From positions 4,796 to 68,795 of IMG/VR virus record IMGVR_UViG_3300025168_000071: a stretch of 64,000 bases of DNA, one strand, 5' to 3'. A program made the position numbers and the translations under genes. Source of the stretch: a virus. Below, one piece after another: positions 28,908 to 36,213 of this stretch (positions are counted from its first letter, which is position 1; each line of letters begins with the position of its first letter). The notes below the pieces were generated by a model. The model was not told where the DNA came from and made no database searches. It saw nothing but the letters and a program-made list of their open reading frames with translations.

Positions 28908-29064
28908 TCAGCACCTCACAATGGTGCGCCGGGAATCCTGTTCTAACATACTGGGTTTTCAGAAATAACAAATCTACAAACGCTTCACTCGCGATTGTAA
29001 TAGATGTGGTTAACACAATCGCAACATTACCCTTTCGGGTTCTCACAATGTCACCTACCTGCAT
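28894..29064 (-). CDS. SH3/KOW-like array 2 unit (56 aa)
   Basis: MQVGDIVRTRKGNVAIVLTTSITIASEAFVDLLFLKTQYVRTGFPAHHCEVLSESR. Confidence 0.8.
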   Translation of the reverse strand: MQVGDIVRTRKGNVAIVLTTSITIASEAFVDLLFLKTQYVRTGFPAHHCEVLSESR

Positions 29065-29209
29065 TGACCACCTCCAAGTCCGTCATAAGAAGCCACATCC
29101 CGCAGCCGAGTATTTTAACCCAGTTTATTCGTGACTCCACAACAAGATGCGCGCCATGAACATTGATCAGATCAGGAAAGTTTGCTTTTACCAGATCACC
29201 GACTTGCAC
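29051..29209 (-). CDS. SH3/KOW-like array 2 unit (52 aa)
   Basis: MQVGDLVKANFPDLINVHGAHLVVESRINWVKILGCGMWLLMTDLEVVNAGR. Confidence 0.8.
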   Translation of the reverse strand: MQVGDLVKANFPDLINVHGAHLVVESRINWVKILGCGMWLLMTDLEVVNAGR

Positions 29210-29393
29210 TGATCACCTCCAGATCGTAGTCAGCATGGGATACCGGCGCTTCTCCGTTCGCCCATAGGACAAGCCAATGTGAACCCCACTGCCAAGTCGA
29301 GCCTTGTCTGACAACAATACCCACTGGACCCAGCGATGGTGGCGGGAAAAGTCCAGAGCCTATCGACTGTTTTACTAAATCACCGACTTGCAT
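29196..29393 (-). CDS. SH3/KOW-like array 2 unit (65 aa)
   Basis: MQVGDLV...GIVV...WLVLW...LEVISASR. Confidence 0.85.
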   Translation of the reverse strand: MQVGDLVKQSIGSGLFPPPSLGPVGIVVRQGSTWQWGSHWLVLWANGEAPVSHADYDLEVISASR

Positions 29394-29586
29394 TTACTAA
29401 CTCCATTTGTCTGGTTCTGATCGGAAAGCTATCTTCATAGCCGGGGATCATCACATAGAATATATCCGGTCGCGACCCAAAGGCCACCGCGTCCAAGGGG
29501 TTGTGTGCTGGGTTGAACCTCCCCACAACCAGACCCACGGGCTTATTGTCTATCGTCATACATCTAACCAAATCACCTACTTGCAT
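29380..29586 (-). CDS. SH3/KOW-like array 2 first unit (68 aa)
   Basis: MQVGDLV...MELVNASR; AAGGAG RBS after promoter. Confidence 0.85.
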   Translation of the reverse strand: MQVGDLVRCMTIDNKPVGLVVGRFNPAHNPLDAVAFGSRPDIFYVMIPGYEDSFPIRTRQMELVNASR

Positions 29587-29606
29587 TTTCTTCTCCTTAC
29601 CCCTAT

Positions 29607-29661
29607 AATATAGCACCGGAGAGGCGAGTTGTCAAGGGGGGATTTGTCAAAGGCATGTCAA
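29607..29661 (-). promoter_or_regulatory. Early promoter cassette copy 10
   Basis: Three perfect TTGACA; -35 N17 TATATT. Confidence 0.85.
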
Positions 29662-29743
29662 CAATGAGGCGGGGCGTCGTGGGATCAAACACAGAGCCGG
29701 TACCGGGCTGGCTAAGGGCCACTAAGAGTGCGAGAAGCTTCAT

Positions 29744-30106
29744 TTAGTCATCATCCTCAACTGCCGATGTAGCAGTGCCGGACATCATTCGCTTGTTCAT
29801 TTCCTGACGCCGGATAGCTGCCAGCGATCCAGTACGGATCTGAAACTCTCCAAATGCTTCAGCGCCGGTATTAAACAACTCCTTCTCTTCGACCACGAAG
29901 GTGTGGCCGGTCAAGTCTCGGCTCCAATCGTCGTGGTGGCCACTGGCTTCGGCCAGCAGGTCATCATGTAGCTCGTTAAACTCGCTGATTTGATCGAGCT
30001 GCAATGCGCCGGCGGCTGGAGAGCGCATTAAGGTAGCGGCGTGGGTGTCGAGCGCGAGCATGATCATTTCAAGCTCGCGCGGTGTCAGGGTGATAGTGCG
30101 GTCCAT
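29744..30106 (-). CDS. Hypothetical protein
   Basis: AAGGA RBS. Confidence 0.65.
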   Translation of the reverse strand: MDRTITLTPRELEMIMLALDTHAATLMRSPAAGALQLDQISEFNELHDDLLAEASGHHDDWSRDLTGHTFVVEEKELFNTGAEAFGEFQIRTGSLAAIRRQEMNKRMMSGTATSAVEDDD

Positions 30107-30133
30107 TGGGTTCCTTTTTCAAAGTGTGTACCC

Positions 30134-30187
30134 ATTATCGCATAGGTAGCGCCTAAAGTCAAGTGACAAATGTCAAGGGAACGTCAA
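30134..30187 (-). promoter_or_regulatory. Early promoter cassette copy 11
   Basis: TTGACG/TTGACA boxes, TTGACT-N17-GATAAT. Confidence 0.8.
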
Positions 30188-30192
30188 AGCCT

Positions 30193-30438
30193 CTAAGGCG
30201 GGGTACGTGGTGGATCGGGGGCGGCTGATAACACCTCAAATCGATCCAGCGAGAAATGCGAACCTCGGACTTTGCTGCCATCGTATGACACCGGCTTAAG
30301 CCATGTGATTGCCACATGCTCAGACTGATCTATAGCACGCTTGGTGTAGTTTGTCACATAACCGACTGCACCAATAAACATCGGATAGCGATCATTGGCA
30401 ATACCCACATATTTTAGGATTGCTCCCAGCATTTTCAT
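30193..30438 (-). CDS. SH3-like small protein
   Basis: LGAILKY...GYV...ITW...FEVLS. Confidence 0.6.
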   Translation of the reverse strand: MKMLGAILKYVGIANDRYPMFIGAVGYVTNYTKRAIDQSEHVAITWLKPVSYDGSKVRGSHFSLDRFEVLSAAPDPPRTPP

Positions 30439-30773
30439 CCTTGCACCTGTGTTACATTATAATCAAGGAAGAAGTTGCGGTCACTCATTCGGTGGTAACC
30501 CAGTTCTTGCCATTCGTTAAAGATTATCCATAGCTGTTCGCTTTCAAGGGCGCCCATTTTATCCAAATCCCATTCGGGAGCTTCTGTCTGTTCACCGTCT
30601 GTTTCCCGGTAGGGGTTACAATCGTTCGCGAACTTCACTGCATCTTTTGTACTGTTAACCTGTAGAAAATCCAGCACTTCAGCTATAGCCATTAAGGCGC
30701 AACCTTTTTGCGTGAAGTGAACGGTACTAAACAGTTCATTTTCATAGCTACCATGTAAAACCCAAACTTTCAT
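30435..30773 (-). CDS. Hypothetical protein
   Basis: ORF, ATGA coupling. Confidence 0.65.
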   Translation of the reverse strand: MKVWVLHGSYENELFSTVHFTQKGCALMAIAEVLDFLQVNSTKDAVKFANDCNPYRETDGEQTEAPEWDLDKMGALESEQLWIIFNEWQELGYHRMSDRNFFLDYNVTQVQG

Positions 30774-31117
30774 TCCGCGCCCGCTCTTTTTGCTTTACTT
30801 TCCTCAAGCATATTGTTCACCCATGCGCCATTAAACTCGGCAGCGTATTGATCGCGCAACACAAGCAGGGTTTCACCGTCCTTAGTTTCATTCCGCAGCT
30901 TGTAGCCGGGAATCAAGAACTCGGTACCGGTCGGGGCGCCTATGAAGACCTCACAAATCGCGTAGGGTACGGACTTTGAGCCATGGCGTGTCTCACCAGT
31001 CTTCTTATCCTTCCAGCTACGCCGGAACCGGCGAAACTGCATGTCAACCACGCGGGCCTGAATCATGCCCGTGGTGGCGGGGATTACTACGATGTCGTTT
31101 TTCTTGAGATATGCCAT
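30770..31117 (-). CDS. Hypothetical protein
   Basis: AAGGAG RBS; LKKNDIVVI. Confidence 0.65.
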   Translation of the reverse strand: MAYLKKNDIVVIPATTGMIQARVVDMQFRRFRRSWKDKKTGETRHGSKSVPYAICEVFIGAPTGTEFLIPGYKLRNETKDGETLLVLRDQYAAEFNGAWVNNMLEESKAKRAGAE

Positions 31118-31144
31118 TTGTGGCTCCTTTTACTTTACCCTTAT

Positions 31145-31199
31145 AGTATAGCACCGATGAGCGGTGAAGTCAAGAGTTTGCCTGTCAAGAGAATGTCAA
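31145..31199 (-). promoter_or_regulatory. Early promoter cassette copy 12
   Basis: Boxes plus TTGACT-N17-TATACT. Confidence 0.85.
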
Positions 31200-31423
31200 G
31201 AGGCGCTAATCACTTTTATTTCGGATAGGCCCGCTGCCCAACCAATCACGATTTCTTGACCGCAATAAAGCGCGACGAATAGCGCATCATTGGGCGGATC
31301 GTATTGTTCCAATACTAACATTGGACCGATCCAGCCTTCATCGTTGGGCGGTGGCACAATCACCCGACCATCGCCATCGCGTGTCCATCCATCACGGTGC
31401 ATGACAATATCGCCGATTTTCAT
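31196..31423 (-). CDS. SH3/KOW-like small protein
   Basis: MKIGDIV...IKVISAS; stop in cassette box. Confidence 0.75.
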   Translation of the reverse strand: MKIGDIVMHRDGWTRDGDGRVIVPPPNDEGWIGPMLVLEQYDPPNDALFVALYCGQEIVIGWAAGLSEIKVISAS

Positions 31424-31434
31424 TATCAACTCTC

Positions 31435-31827
31435 CTAATACGCCGCACTACGCTCAATGTGGATGTCAAAGCCCCAGCCGGCCACCTCATTGTCATCCAT
31501 TTCTTCACCAATGCGAACGAAGCGGAAAAACTCTGAGGCAGCTTCAACTTCGTCCTCTCCATTTTCCTTCTTTTTTCCTGTGGGGATGGTTTCCTCATCA
31601 CACCACATGATAAAGTCTTGAATGGCGGATACTCCCTCGCAAGAGTCGTACCACTTGATCTGATCCCAACGGAACAGAAACGCGCCTTTAATGTCGTAGT
31701 AGTCCTTGACCATTTCGCTGTCTCTCCAGCACATTTCTCGCGCTTCGGGCGACTTTGCCATTGTGACCATAAACTGAGGCATAACCTCTGGACCGACTGC
31801 CAATATAACTTCTGAACGATAACCCAT
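31435..31827 (-). CDS. Conserved-looking phage hypothetical protein
   Basis: MGYRSEV...IKWY...FVRIGEEMDD.E motif; AAGGAG RBS. Confidence 0.75.
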   Translation of the reverse strand: MGYRSEVILAVGPEVMPQFMVTMAKSPEAREMCWRDSEMVKDYYDIKGAFLFRWDQIKWYDSCEGVSAIQDFIMWCDEETIPTGKKKENGEDEVEAASEFFRFVRIGEEMDDNEVAGWGFDIHIERSAAY

Positions 31828-31857
31828 TGTTGCTCTCCTTTCTTGAACTTCCCCTAT

Positions 31858-31911
31858 ATTATAGCCCCTGCGTACGCAAAAGTCAAGAGAACTCTTGTCA
31901 AGTAAATGTCA
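31858..31911 (-). promoter_or_regulatory. Early promoter cassette copy 13
   Basis: Boxes plus TTGACT-N17-TATAAT. Confidence 0.85.
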
Positions 31912-32095
31912 GGCCGGCTTCGCTGAGAACTTCGATCTCATCCTTCTGGGGGGAGAGAACATGTACGGCGGCGCGCTCAATGCACCACATCTGCCAAACC
32001 GCAAGGGGGCCGCTATCGGGTGTCTCCATAATAAATCCGTGATACCACTGATCATCAGGCTCATAGCGCACACGAATAAGATCACCAAGGTTCAT
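31898..32095 (-). CDS. SH3/KOW-like array 3 unit
   Basis: MNLGDLIRV...IEVLSE. Confidence 0.75.
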   Translation of the reverse strand: MNLGDLIRVRYEPDDQWYHGFIMETPDSGPLAVWQMWCIERAAVHVLSPQKDEIEVLSEAGLTFT

Positions 32096-32322
32096 TTGAT
32101 CGAGGGCGGGCCAATAACCTTGACATACCCTTGTGCTATATCGAACTCATCAAGGCGCGTTTGGCCACAATCAAACGACACGTGCCACCCATTGCGGGAA
32201 GCTGGGCCGGCAACCAGCCCAATGCGATTGGATTGGCCGTGACAAAAGAAACATTCACAATCAAAGTCTGACCAGCCTGAAGTTCCGCATGCGCGCACTT
32301 GGATTAGATCACCTACTTTCAC
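32092..32322 (-). CDS. SH3/KOW-like array 3 unit with Cys cluster
   Basis: MKVGDLIQV..C...CECFFC...VKVIG. Confidence 0.8.
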   Translation of the reverse strand: MKVGDLIQVRACGTSGWSDFDCECFFCHGQSNRIGLVAGPASRNGWHVSFDCGQTRLDEFDIAQGYVKVIGPPSIK

Positions 32323-32566
32323 TGATCACTTCCAAAGAGTTGGCAGCAAAGTTCTGGCTCACTTTTCCACATGACCACACAACATCAACCAAGATGCCGC
32401 CGAGCCACTTTGTCCACTGACTATAGCCTCCACCGTCGCCGTCGCCGGCACGAACTGGCGTGTGTACTGCTATAATGGTGCCGACCGAACGCATGCGTTT
32501 GGGATCCTCTGTATGGCGGATCTTAAGAACGCGGTTACTTTGTATCACCAGATCACCGACTTTCAC
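32309..32566 (-). CDS. SH3/KOW-like array 3 unit
   Basis: GTG start MKVGDLV...VDVVW...LEVISESR. Confidence 0.8.
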   Translation of the reverse strand: MKVGDLVIQSNRVLKIRHTEDPKRMRSVGTIIAVHTPVRAGDGDGGGYSQWTKWLGGILVDVVWSCGKVSQNFAANSLEVISESR

Positions 32567-32658
32567 AGCATGCCCCGTAGTGCATAGACAAGGCATGCAG
32601 TGGCGGCGATTATACCCCCAACGCTAATCAATATCGTCATTTGTTCATCTGCTTTCAC
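32563..32658 (-). CDS. Small membrane peptide (31 aa) inside array 3
   Basis: MKADEQMTILISVGGIIAATACLVYALRGML; 14-bp overlap upstream, GTGA coupling downstream. Confidence 0.6.
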   Translation of the reverse strand: MKADEQMTILISVGGIIAATACLVYALRGML

Positions 32659-32833
32659 TTATTACCTCCAGCCATGGTTCAGGTTCCCAGTCCACTTTGC
32701 CTGAACCACCTATCCATATTATGCCTATTTGCGGCTTTCTTGCGGAAATAGCTTTAGGATGCCGACCCACAACAATACCGACATGGGTGCCGGTACCCAT
32801 CCTCACCAGATCACCTTTTTTAATGCGCGCCAT
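32645..32833 (-). CDS. SH3/KOW-like array 3 unit
   Basis: IKKGDLVR...GIVV...IIW...LEVISESR. Confidence 0.8.
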   Translation of the reverse strand: MARIKKGDLVRMGTGTHVGIVVGRHPKAISARKPQIGIIWIGGSGKVDWEPEPWLEVISESR

Positions 32834-33014
32834 TTATCACCTTGATATACCCAATCGGATACCACTGTTCTTGTCCGTGTTTCAAGATTTTAACTAACCC
32901 CAAGCCGTTTGGGTGGTTCTCACTCCTATTGACCTCCAGCACAATGCTGATAAATCCTTCGCCGGTACGGGGGCGGGCGTTGCATGCCACCGTGACCAAA
33001 TCACCGACTTCCAC
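32820..33014 (-). CDS. SH3/KOW-like array 3 unit
   Basis: MEVGDLV...IKVINGAH. Confidence 0.8.
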   Translation of the reverse strand: MEVGDLVTVACNARPRTGEGFISIVLEVNRSENHPNGLGLVKILKHGQEQWYPIGYIKVINGAH

Positions 33015-33153
33015 CGATCACCTCCATCACTTCGCTGCGCCATTGGCGATCCATCTGGCTGCGCGTACGCGCGACACCAATACCAAGACCGGTCACAAGA
33101 CCGGCCGCCCAGCATGCTGCCATCCACATCAGGGGTTCAAAAAGTTCAATCAT
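33001..33153 (-). CDS. Small membrane protein ending in array-junction tail
   Basis: MIELFEPLMW...MEVIGGSR; AAGGAG RBS. Confidence 0.65.
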   Translation of the reverse strand: MIELFEPLMWMAACWAAGLVTGLGIGVARTRSQMDRQWRSEVMEVIGGSR

Positions 33154-33173
33154 TTTTTCTCCTTTATACCTAT

Positions 33174-33228
33174 AATATAACACCAAAACGGGTAGAAGTC
33201 AAGGTTTAAGTTGTCAAGAGGTTGTCAA
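33174..33228 (-). promoter_or_regulatory. Early promoter cassette copy 14
   Basis: Boxes plus TTGACT-N17-TATATT. Confidence 0.85.
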
Positions 33229-33406
33229 TGAGTTTAAGGTGTTCGCTTTTCTGCGTAACCGCTTCGGGGCTGCCAGTCCACAAAACTTTAACGTCAGTGT
33301 TACCGGTCCATTTGCCTGTTTCGACAACCAGACCCACATCCATCGCAACATCGTGAACGCGCTGAAAGTAATACGTCACCAGATCACCGGCTTTAATGCG
33401 ATTCAC
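33206..33406 (-). CDS. SH3/KOW-like array unit
   Basis: IKAGDLV...GLVV...VKVLW; reads through cassette boxes. Confidence 0.75.
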   Translation of the reverse strand: MNRIKAGDLVTYYFQRVHDVAMDVGLVVETGKWTGNTDVKVLWTGSPEAVTQKSEHLKLIDNLLTT

Positions 33407-33551
33407 TGATCACCTCTACCGTGTGGAACAGCTTGTGATCCAGATGGCACACCCGCGCGCCCTCAAAGGCAATCTGGGCGCCCTGATTCGTGACGCCAAT
33501 AACTATTCCCGTTCCATAGGTTTCATCATAAACCAAATCACCGACTCGCAT
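33393..33551 (-). CDS. SH3/KOW-like array unit (52 aa)
   Basis: MRVGDLVYDETYGTGIVIGVTNQGAQIAFEGARVCHLDHKLFHTVEVISESH. Confidence 0.8.
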   Translation of the reverse strand: MRVGDLVYDETYGTGIVIGVTNQGAQIAFEGARVCHLDHKLFHTVEVISESH

Positions 33552-33575
33552 TGACTAACTCCAATCTATACATAG

Positions 33576-33630
33576 ACTATATCATAAAGGGGGGGTGATT
33601 GCAACATGTTTCTTGTCAAGAAGATGTCAA
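33576..33630 (-). promoter_or_regulatory. Early promoter cassette copy 15
   Basis: Boxes plus TTGCAA-N17-TATAGT. Confidence 0.75.
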
Positions 33631-33828
33631 GGGTTCCAGCATCCTTGTGAAAGAGCGATCCGTGATTCGCCTTTCGCCGTTAACCATAAATGCATGGTTT
33701 ATAATGACCACCCCATCAGATCGGTTAATAACGCTCTCCCCCAAGTATAGCGCAATCTCACCCTTCCAAGTGCCGAATGTGTGATACTGCCCTCGTTTAC
33801 TCAATGTGTATAGCTCGCCAACCTTCAT
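33616..33828 (-). CDS. SH3-like small protein
   Basis: MKVGELY; AAGGAG RBS; stop in inner cassette box. Confidence 0.7.
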   Translation of the reverse strand: MKVGELYTLSKRGQYHTFGTWKGEIALYLGESVINRSDGVVIINHAFMVNGERRITDRSFTRMLEPLTSS

Positions 33829-33848
33829 ATCTCTCCTTTTATGCTTAT

Positions 33849-33902
33849 ACTATAGCACCTCCGAGATCGAAAGTCAACCCCGGAGTTGTCAAGTAAATGT
33901 CA
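33849..33902 (-). promoter_or_regulatory. Early promoter cassette copy 16
   Basis: Boxes plus TTGACT-N17-TATAGT. Confidence 0.85.
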
Positions 33903-33911
33903 GGTGAGCTT

Positions 33912-34127
33912 TTAGTTGTCGCCCCTCTTATCAAACATATCTTCGACGGAACCCGTAAAGCTATTCGGGGCCATTTCGCGAAGATTTTCCCGCGTGCGGT
34001 GGGCAATGATGCGGTTGGCACTACGGCCGCCGCAATCCAAGCAAGTTGGATAGCCCAACTCCCTACGTTTATAGTTGTAGTCCTCGCCACATTCAGTGCA
34101 TGTGGCATATCTAATCTTTGCTTTCAT
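33912..34127 (-). CDS. DksA/TraR-like C4 zinc-finger protein
   Basis: CTECGE...RRELGYPTCLDCG. Confidence 0.65.
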   Translation of the reverse strand: MKAKIRYATCTECGEDYNYKRRELGYPTCLDCGGRSANRIIAHRTRENLREMAPNSFTGSVEDMFDKRGDN

Positions 34128-34359
34128 AATACTCTCCTTCTTTGTTGTAGTAATAATAGCGGCGTCTTAAGTTGAAAAGGTTTATTTCCATTTCGGTGTC
34201 TTTGTCGCCAAAACAGACGGGGGCGCCGTTTAGCCAATGAATCTTCCAGACCATGTTGCCATGGCGCTCAAAGCGTTCCATTAAAATGCCTCGGTGTCCC
34301 GGGTATTCGTGGTGGACGCCGGTGATGACTAAATCACCCACTCTAAACTTATACCGCAT
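34111..34359 (-). CDS. SH3/KOW-like small protein
   Basis: FRVGDLV...GIL...WKIHW. Confidence 0.7.
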   Translation of the reverse strand: MRYKFRVGDLVITGVHHEYPGHRGILMERFERHGNMVWKIHWLNGAPVCFGDKDTEMEINLFNLRRRYYYYNKEGEYYESKD

Positions 34360-34500
34360 TGATTAGCTCCAGCATATCAGAGCGTATCCACCTGCGTGGT
34401 ATGCCCATACTAAATCTCCCCGTTTCATGCCTGTGTGCCTTATTGCGCTTGTGGAAAGGAAAAAAATAGCGCGAAGTTTTTCGACAACATCCCCTCTAAA

Positions 34501-34577
34501 TGGTGGACCCTGTGGGACTTGAACCCACGACCGACCGGTTATGAGCCGGATGCTCTGACCAACTGAGCTAAGGGTCC
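34501..34577 (-). tRNA. tRNA with CAT anticodon (probably Ile2, else Met)
   Basis: GGACCCTTAGCTCAG...CTCATAA...GTTCAAGTC...ACCA cloverleaf; resembles bacterial tRNA-Ile2. Confidence 0.9.
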
Positions 34578-34581
34578 GTTT

Positions 34582-35013
34582 TTAATCTCTCTTTCTCACG
34601 TGTCGCTGTGGAACCCGGTTTACTGGAAACGTATCTGGTTCGTACTTCTTCACACTGAAACTCTTTGTGGGAATGTGTTTGTATGAGTCGAGCCGATAAA
34701 AGAAGCACTCCCCTTCTTTGTTTACCCCAACAAGCCAATCGATCCCGTGCGCTGCATAGTCTGTGGAGTTGCGGACTTTGCCTGTTTTGCTGACAACTTC
34801 GCCGGAGCGATCTATCACTTTAGATATGCTATTGCCGCTCATTGTCTTAACTTGAACCGTGGCGAATATTCCCTCACCGTGGTCCACAACCAAATCATAG
34901 ATGCTATCCCGGCTGACGGGCTGAAGTACAATCCAGCCTCGTTCCGTAATCTCCAGCATGGCCAAGATTTGGCTGCGGTTGCCACTCTGATCTGATGTGT
35001 CGCGATAGCTCAC
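34582..35013 (-). CDS. PD-(D/E)XK endonuclease (free-standing homing-endonuclease-like)
   Basis: P....IYDLVVD...VQVKT...Y....IDWLVGV. Confidence 0.7.
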   Translation of the reverse strand: MSYRDTSDQSGNRSQILAMLEITERGWIVLQPVSRDSIYDLVVDHGEGIFATVQVKTMSGNSISKVIDRSGEVVSKTGKVRNSTDYAAHGIDWLVGVNKEGECFFYRLDSYKHIPTKSFSVKKYEPDTFPVNRVPQRHVRKRD

Positions 35014-35171
35014 TGCTTTTCTAACTCTTTTGACACAGTCTCGTATTGAGCAAGCGCCGCCTTTTCAAGTTGATTGCGCGCTTGTCTAATCTTGGCAGGA
35101 TTCTCTGCAATCCAGTCCAGCGCAAAAAATGCCAACACGGCAATAACAGTATAACGTAAAATAGTTTCCAT
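35010..35171 (-). CDS. Small membrane protein
   Basis: METILRYTVIAVLAFFALDW; GGGAG RBS. Confidence 0.6.
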   Translation of the reverse strand: METILRYTVIAVLAFFALDWIAENPAKIRQARNQLEKAALAQYETVSKELEKQ

Positions 35172-35197
35172 GTCTCTCTTCTCCCTCTTATTAAAAA

Positions 35198-35273
35198 TGG
35201 TAGGCCGAGCGGGATTTGAACCCGCGACAAATGGCATATAAGGCCACTGCTCTTACCCCTGAGCTACCAGCCA
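35198..35273 (-). tRNA. tRNA-Ile(TAT)
   Basis: Cloverleaf, anticodon arm GTGGC-CTTATAT-GCCAT, CCA end; T1:T72 mismatch. Confidence 0.8.
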
Positions 35274-35281
35274 TCATTGGT

Positions 35282-35353
35282 TTATGATGTAGCCAAGGCG
35301 AACAACATAATGCCGGCTATGATTGCTAAAAAGCCAAATCCTATAAATGTCAC
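35282..35353 (-). CDS. 23-aa hydrophobic peptide between tRNAs
   Basis: MTFIGFGFLAIIAGIMLFALATS; AGGAG RBS. Confidence 0.4.
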   Translation of the reverse strand: MTFIGFGFLAIIAGIMLFALATS

Positions 35354-35374
35354 TTCTTTCTCCTGTTTGTGATG

Positions 35375-35440
<66 letters not shown>

Positions 35441-35450
<10 letters not shown>

Positions 35451-35671
35451 GTACTACTCTTAGTATCTAATATAGCACATTCCGAAGCGTCTGTCAACCC
35501 CTCGGCGTTAAAAAATACGCCGTGGTGTCCCGGCACTATTGCAAGAACACGGCATGTCTTTGAACGTGCCTTAATCTGATTCAAAGCCTCGGACTTGTCT
35601 GGGTTCGCGATCTCTTGCGAATAGTATGGTTGATTTGTCGTGTAATCCAACCAAATAACTGTATAACACAT
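35441..35671 (-). CDS. Hypothetical protein
   Basis: GAGGAG RBS; tail overlaps promoter and tRNA 5' end. Confidence 0.5.
35469..35497 (-). promoter_or_regulatory. sigma70 promoter for tRNA-Arg operon
   Basis: TTGACA-N17-TATATT with TG extension. Confidence 0.7.
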
Positions 35672-35691
35672 ATCTCTTTCTCCTCTTTTTA

Positions 35692-35877
35692 TCATGTTGG
35701 TTCAATAAGCCACCACGGGCATGTCACTTTCTTGCCTTCGTGGTCATCCTTCTTTCTGGGGGTGCTGACCCACCCTTCGGGAGTCTCTATCACGCACTCA
35801 TCCCCCTCGCATCTATCAATAACACATTCTGGCTCCTCTGGCATGTCAAAGGCCAGAATCGTAAGCAACCATATCAT
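35692..35877 (-). CDS. Small exported Cys-containing protein
   Basis: AGGAG RBS; hydrophobic N-terminus. Confidence 0.55.
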   Translation of the reverse strand: MIWLLTILAFDMPEEPECVIDRCEGDECVIETPEGWVSTPRKKDDHEGKKVTCPWWLIEPT

Positions 35878-35880
35878 CTC

Positions 35881-36099
35881 CTATCTCCTTCGTTTTGTAA
35901 ATCTTGCTTTGCTGCGCTTTCCACGCTTTCGCTTGTTCTTTCTTTTACCACTCTTAAAAGTCGCGTTGGTACCTTTACTCTTTCCCTTCTTGAATACGCG
36001 GCGGGCTTTCCGTCGCAGCTTTTTAGGCTTACAAGAAGAGCAATCTCCTAACATAACGAGTGCGCCAAGTATGAGCGCGCCCTTTAGTAGATCCTCCAT
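35881..36099 (-). CDS. Small highly basic protein with N-terminal hydrophobic helix
   Basis: GGAGG RBS; K/R-rich tail. Confidence 0.5.
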   Translation of the reverse strand: MEDLLKGALILGALVMLGDCSSCKPKKLRRKARRVFKKGKSKGTNATFKSGKRKNKRKRGKRSKARFTKRRR

Positions 36100-36134
36100 T
36101 TTACCTCCTATCATTTTGTTATCTCCCCCTAAAG

Positions 36135-36210
36135 TGGTGGGTCATCTGGGACTCGAACCCAGAACCTACGGATTAAAAGTCCGGTGCTCTACCAGTTGAG
36201 CTAATGACCC
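36135..36210 (-). tRNA. tRNA-Lys(TTT)
   Basis: Cloverleaf, loop CTTTTAA, CCA end. Confidence 0.95.
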
Positions 36211-36213
36211 ATT

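Noticed and set aside
18315-33551. CRISPR array interpretation of the junction repeats
   Set aside because: Period is about 145-260 bp, repeats are degenerate, spacers are open reading frames of one fold, and no cas genes are present
18315-33551. Diversity-generating retroelement as source of array variation
   Set aside because: No reverse transcriptase in the window and no template/variable repeat pair differing only at adenines
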